Source: an uncultured virus (IMG/VR IMGVR_UViG_3300037755_000799) (lineage: Duplodnaviria > Heunggongvirae > Uroviricota > Caudoviricetes). From it: a DNA stretch of 20,000 nucleotides. Both the position numbers and the translations under genes were made by a program. The stretch lies in IMG/VR virus record IMGVR_UViG_3300037755_000799; one strand, given 5' to 3'. The notes under the pieces are model-generated. The model did not search any database. It saw only the letters and a list, made by a program, of their open reading frames with translations, and had not been told where the DNA came from. Shown here in pieces: positions 16,104 through 20,000 of the stretch; the first letter of the stretch is position 1, and every line of letters starts with the position of its first letter.

Positions 16104-16328
16104 ATGACCGAGCAGCCCGACCCCACACAGGGCCGCACCCTCACCAACGAACAAGCCGCACGCCTCGACTTCGCCCGGCGCGACCTCGAAACCGCCCGCG
16201 CCGCAGACCTCGCGCAACTGCCACACGGCGGGCTCATCCTCCAAGTCGAAAGACTCCGCGGCCGCCTGGACGACATGCTGCTCCTCGTCGACGAGATCAG
16301 CCAGGCCAGCCCCAAAACGCAGCAGTAG
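16104..16328 (+). CDS. Hypothetical helical protein, 74 aa
   Basis: ATG ORF with good codon bias immediately upstream of the integrase. Confidence 0.7.
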   Translation: MTEQPDPTQGRTLTNEQAARLDFARRDLETARAADLAQLPHGGLILQVERLRGRLDDMLLLVDEISQASPKTQQ

Positions 16329-16439
16329 CCTGCCGCCACGCTGATCAGCGAAGATCCCCGAGCGTAACCCACCCCTCTGGCATACCTTGGCGCCTGACAA
16401 CCTCCACGAGAGAGATGTGTCCCGCGCTACCCTCAACCC

Positions 16440-17984
16440 ATGCCGATCGCGCCCGAGTACCTGCACATGGTCCACCCCGGCGTCACCTTCAACGCCCTCC
16501 TCTACGGCCGCGCCTCCCGCGACCCCAAGAAGAAGGGCCGCTCCGTCGCCGACCAGATCAACTCAGGCCGCGACCTCTGCAACAGCTACAACTGGCCCAT
16601 CGCCGAAGTCTTCGACCAAGACGTCGACCGCTCCGCCTCCCGCCACGCACGCCGCCAGCGCAAAGACTTCGAGGCACTCCTCACCGCCATCGAGGCAGGC
16701 AAGGGCCGCATCGTCGTCGCATGGGAAGCGTCCCGCTACTACCGGGACATCGAGGCGTACATCCGGCTGCGCAACGCGTGCATGGCCGCGAACGTGCTGC
16801 TCTGCTACAACGGGCAGGTCTACGACCTGTCCAAGCGTGAGGACCGCAAGGCCACCGCGCAGGACGCCATCGCCGCCGAGGACGAAGCCGAAGGCATCCG
16901 CGACCGCGTCCTGCGCACCACCCGCGCACAGGCTAAGAAGGGCCTCCCCCACGGGCGCCTGCTGTACGGGTACGGCCGCCGCTACGACCCGGAGACCGGC
17001 GATCTCATCGAGCAGTACCCCCACCCCGAGCAAGGGCCCACCGTGCTGGAGGTGTTCGAGCGGGTCGCAGCAGGCGAGACCGAGTACTCGATCCTCCAGG
17101 ACCTCAAGACGCGCGGCGAACGCACGCCCGGCGTCGAGTGGGACTACTACCACCTGCCGAACATGCTGCGGAACGTGGGCTACAAGGGGCGACGCCTGCA
17201 CCGCGGGGAAGACTTCGGCGAGGCAACGTGGCCAGCGATTGTGCCGGAAGAACTCTTCGACCAGGTGCAGGAGATCATCGGGGCTGAGTCTCGGAGCACG
17301 GTGCGGGACTACGCGGTGAAGCATCTCCTGTCGGGGATCGCACGCTGCGGACAGTGCCCGGACCACCCGCATCTTCGTGTGGGAAAGTCGCGCGGTTACC
17401 TGGTGTACGGCTGCTCGGCCCGGTTCGACGCGCAGATGAGCAAGGACAAGCTCGACGCCTACGTCGAGGAGGCCGTCATCGTATGGCTGGGCTCGCGGGC
17501 CGCGGTGGCGGCGTTCCAGTCGGATGAGCAGGAGAAGCGGGCCGACCGGGCGCGCGCGCGGCAGAAGGCGCTGGAGCGGCAGTTGGGCGAGGCGCGGGAA
17601 ATGTCGGCGACGTTCAAGGCGGACGGGGTGACGCCGCGCCTGTCCCTGGCGTCGCTGGCGGTGCAGGAGGATCGGCTTGTGCCGCAGATCGAGGCCGCTA
17701 AGGCGGAGGCTCAGGCGATGGACGCGCCGCCGCTGGTGCGCCGGCTGGTCGGCCGGCCGGATGTTCAGGAGATCTGGAACGACGAGTTCACGATCGAGCA
17801 GCAGCGGACGGTGTTGCGTGCGGTCGTCAACATCCGCCTGAACAAAGCCCGGAGCCGGGGTGTGCGCACGATTGAGCCGGGCCGCATCACGCTGCGGTTC
17901 TATGGGGATCCGGAGTTCAGGGACCAACCACGTTATGCCCGCGGGAGCGTTCCCGCTCCGGCTGCTGAATCGGGAACGGAATGA
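16440..17984 (+). CDS. int: Large serine recombinase (phage integrase), 514 aa
   Basis: LYGRASRD catalytic Ser motif, SVADQ, AWEASRYYRD, GRLLYGY, recombinase domain (WPAIVPEELFDQVQ), LLSGIARCGQC zinc ribbon and coiled coil. Confidence 0.95.
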   Translation: MPIAPEYLHMVHPGVTFNALLYGRASRDPKKKGRSVADQINSGRDLCNSYNWPIAEVFDQDVDRSASRHARRQRKDFEALLTAIEAGKGRIVVAWEASRYYRDIEAYIRLRNACMAANVLLCYNGQVYDLSKREDRKATAQDAIAAEDEAEGIRDRVLRTTRAQAKKGLPHGRLLYGYGRRYDPETGDLIEQYPHPEQGPTVLEVFERVAAGETEYSILQDLKTRGERTPGVEWDYYHLPNMLRNVGYKGRRLHRGEDFGEATWPAIVPEELFDQVQEIIGAESRSTVRDYAVKHLLSGIARCGQCPDHPHLRVGKSRGYLVYGCSARFDAQMSKDKLDAYVEEAVIVWLGSRAAVAAFQSDEQEKRADRARARQKALERQLGEAREMSATFKADGVTPRLSLASLAVQEDRLVPQIEAAKAEAQAMDAPPLVRRLVGRPDVQEIWNDEFTIEQQRTVLRAVVNIRLNKARSRGVRTIEPGRITLRFYGDPEFRDQPRYARGSVPAPAAESGTE

Positions 17985-18450
17985 CGGAGCTGCGCTCAGG
18001 CGGCTTCTGTTTCTGGCTGCGCATCAGGTCGTCATAGGCGGCCAGCGTTTCACAGACCAAGGCGGCACGTTTCTCCTCGAACTCTGCCGCCATCTTCCCG
18101 CGTTCGACGATCAGGGTGGCCGCTGCGTGGGCGCGGTCGGCGGCCGCGGCGCGCATGAGCCGCTGCTGGTCGTTTTCCAGCACGGCCTTAGCGGCGAAGT
18201 ATCCGTCGCGTTCGTCCCGCGCTGCTTGGGTGGCGTCAGCCAGTTGGCGGCGCTCGTCGGTGGTGTTGGTGACCCATCGTCTGATCGAGGTGAGGGCGAC
18301 CAGTGTGAGTGCGGTCGCGGTGAGACCGACCCCGGCGGTGGAGTGTGCGGGGTCGCCTCGCATGACGCCATAGAGAATTGCTGCGAGACCTGTGACCAGG
18401 ACCACCGCCGCTGCGGTGACGGTGGTCCGATTGCCGGCCGTGAGATCCAT
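17917..18450 (-). CDS. Membrane protein with two N-terminal TM segments and a coiled coil, about 177 aa
   Basis: Two hydrophobic helices then a charged helical domain; downstream of and co-oriented with the repressor; overlaps the integrase 3' end by 68 bp. Confidence 0.7.
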   Translation of the reverse strand: MDLTAGNRTTVTAAAVVLVTGLAAILYGVMRGDPAHSTAGVGLTATALTLVALTSIRRWVTNTTDERRQLADATQAARDERDGYFAAKAVLENDQQRLMRAAAADRAHAAATLIVERGKMAAEFEEKRAALVCETLAAYDDLMRSQKQKPPERSSVIPFPIQQPERERSRGHNVVGP

Positions 18451-18463
18451 GCACACCCCCGGG

Positions 18464-18913
18464 TTACATGCGTGCTGCTGTTCCTCCGCGGGTGTCGTCG
18501 TCGGCGGCTTCTTGTGGGCGGGCGAGTTTGTCGACGACTGCGCGGAACATCATTTTGCCCACGTCGTCGGTGATGCCGAGCCGCTCTGCCGTGTCCTCTA
18601 CGGAGTTGGACTCGGAGCCTACCTGTGACGAATCAGTTTCGGACAGTGTCCGAAGTGATTCGGGAGAAATCAGCTCGGTTCTAATGAGCAGGTCGATGGG
18701 GCTCATCTTGATCGCTTCGGCGAGAGGGCCGAGGAATCGCAGCTCAGGGATGGCTTGGCCGTTGAGCATGCGGGAGATGCTGCTCTCGGACATGCCGGTA
18801 TCCCGGGCGAGTCGGGCTTGGGACCCGTGGCCGGTGTAGCCAGCACGCTGGGCCGCTGGGACGACGACTACAGCGAAGCGCTGCGCGTGCGTGGGGGGCG
18901 TGGCATCGGTCAT
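18464..18913 (-). CDS. Immunity repressor (CI-like XRE HTH), about 149 aa
   Basis: GSQARLARDTGMSESSISRMLNGQAIPELRFLGPLAEAI HTH; divergent from a Cro-like gene, next to the integrase; ATG 18913 is the likely start. Confidence 0.85.
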   Translation of the reverse strand: MTDATPPTHAQRFAVVVVPAAQRAGYTGHGSQARLARDTGMSESSISRMLNGQAIPELRFLGPLAEAIKMSPIDLLIRTELISPESLRTLSETDSSQVGSESNSVEDTAERLGITDDVGKMMFRAVVDKLARPQEAADDDTRGGTAARM

Positions 18914-18928
18914 GTCTCGAAACTGTAC

Positions 18929-19112
18929 CTCCCTAGTTAGGGAGTATCCAGAAAATCCCTGAAGCGCAAGAGTCGCGATCACGCCAGCCACCTGCATTAA
19001 CGCAGGTCAGTCCGGCATCTAGGTGAAAGTTCACATAAAACCACCCCCTACTGCCCTGCAACTTTGCTTGCGAGGGAGGGAGGAATATGGAAGAGTCTCC
19101 CTCGTGAGCAAG
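18929..19112. promoter_or_regulatory. Genetic switch region with four related 16-bp operators
   Basis: CTCCCTAGTTAGGGAG 18929-18944; ATCCCTGAAGCGCAAG 18955-18970; TTTGCTTGCGAGGGAG 19063-19078 (reverse complement CTCCCTCGCAAGCAAA); CTCCCTCGTGAGCAAG 19097-19112. Confidence 0.75.
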
Positions 19113-19169
19113 GAAACACCCCCTGTCAGAGAAGACCCCCACCAACCACCCCCCGAGGGAGGTGACTAC

Positions 19170-19394
19170 GTGTTCCGCCTCGACGTACCCAAACTCCTCG
19201 AAGCCGCAAAGAACCGCGGCGACGACACCCAGGCCAAGATCAGCCGCCGGACCGGAATCGCCGAATCGTCCGTGTCCCGCTACCTGCGCGGCGAAGCCCA
19301 GCCCGACCTGAACTCGGCCATGCGCCTCGCCGAGCAGTACGACCTCGACCTGCGAGGCGTGATCAAGCGCGTGCCCATCGAGGCCGCCGCATGA
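19170..19394 (+). CDS. Cro-like HTH regulator, 74 aa
   Basis: GGAGG RBS before GTG 19170; TQAKISRRTGIAESSVSRYLRGEAQPDLNSAMRLA HTH; divergent from repressor. Confidence 0.85.
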   Translation: MFRLDVPKLLEAAKNRGDDTQAKISRRTGIAESSVSRYLRGEAQPDLNSAMRLAEQYDLDLRGVIKRVPIEAAA

Positions 19395-19579
19395 CCCGCG
19401 AACAGCGCCGCGCGCTCCTCGGCGACGCCGTCATCGAGCACATCCACGAACTCGTCGAAGCCTCCCCCGAGCCGGGGCCCGAGCTGATCAGTCGGCTCCG
19501 TCTGATCCTCGCGCCGGCTGCGGCTCGCTTGCAGGCACGTAAGGCGTCCGAGGCGGCTGCGGCGGCCGACGCCGCCTGA
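19391..19579 (+). CDS. Early hypothetical protein, 62 aa
   Basis: ATGA overlap with the Cro-like gene; good codon bias. Confidence 0.7.
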   Translation: MTREQRRALLGDAVIEHIHELVEASPEPGPELISRLRLILAPAAARLQARKASEAAAAADAA

Positions 19580-19672
19580 CCCATTACGCGCCGAAGGGCC
19601 GCTCCGACTGCCAGGCCCGAGCGACCCCACGACTGGCGACCACACCTTCAACCACAGAAAGCAGAGGTCACC

Positions 19673-19975
19673 GTGACCATCAATCCTACTGATCTCCCCG
19701 GCGCGTCGATCGCCGTGATGACGCTGGCGCAGAAGCCGCAGGCGCGGCCGAAGGTCGTCCCGCCGGTGGAGGCGCTGTATCAGCCGGTGCCGTCCGATGC
19801 GTATGCGCCGCCGCTGGACCTCGCGTTGCGTCTTGCGCGGGAGGACTTGGCCGTGCAGCAGTGCGCGAACATTCACGACCGCGAGGCCATGATCAGGGCG
19901 GCTGTGACGCTGGAGATCCGGCTGCGGATGTTGCTGGCGGCGCTGGACGCGGACGCGGCGGGGGTGCCGGCATGA
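19673..19975 (+). CDS. Early hypothetical protein, 100 aa
   Basis: GAGG RBS before GTG; ATGA overlap with the next ORF. Confidence 0.7.
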   Translation: MTINPTDLPGASIAVMTLAQKPQARPKVVPPVEALYQPVPSDAYAPPLDLALRLAREDLAVQQCANIHDREAMIRAAVTLEIRLRMLLAALDADAAGVPA

Positions 19976-20000
19976 GCGCCGAGCACCTGAAGCGGACGGT
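19972..20000 (+). CDS. Start of next early gene (truncated)
   Basis: ATG 19972 overlapping the upstream TGA; MSAEHLKRT…. Confidence 0.5.

Larger units (their letters stand above)
1..20000. mobile_element. Temperate siphophage / prophage of a Streptomyces-like host
   Basis: Contiguous tail, lysis, integration, immunity and early modules; high GC with strong GC3 bias. Confidence 0.95.

Noticed and set aside
16339..16350. Palindrome CGCTGATCAGCG as attP core
   Set aside because: Too short, with no extended imperfect arms of the roughly 50-bp kind used by serine integrases; cannot be supported from sequence alone.
13600..17900. Alternating C-rich and G-rich strand skew within genes
   Set aside because: Visible but spread across the window at synonymous positions; no discrete element or boundary can be assigned.

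Overview
High-GC actinobacterial (Streptomyces-like) temperate siphophage segment in virion gene order. It runs: end of the major tail gene, tail assembly chaperone with a -1 slippery site, tape measure protein, minor tail proteins, then a lysis cassette (amidase endolysin, an inserted DEDDh 3'-5' exoribonuclease, holin, membrane and collagen-like proteins, a 16-aa peptide). An accessory/regulatory region follows, then a large serine integrase, a divergent repressor/Cro switch with 16-bp operators, and the first early genes. The top finding is a cas-less type I-E-like CRISPR mini-array at 13095-13184 (29-nt repeat, 32-nt spacer, 29-nt repeat, then a terminator-like hairpin). It lies 49 bp downstream of a gene with a C-terminal HTH whose promoter carries palindromic operators, an architecture resembling an acr/aca locus with a phage-encoded guide or decoy RNA. 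All product calls come from motif recognition and synteny; no database searches were run.
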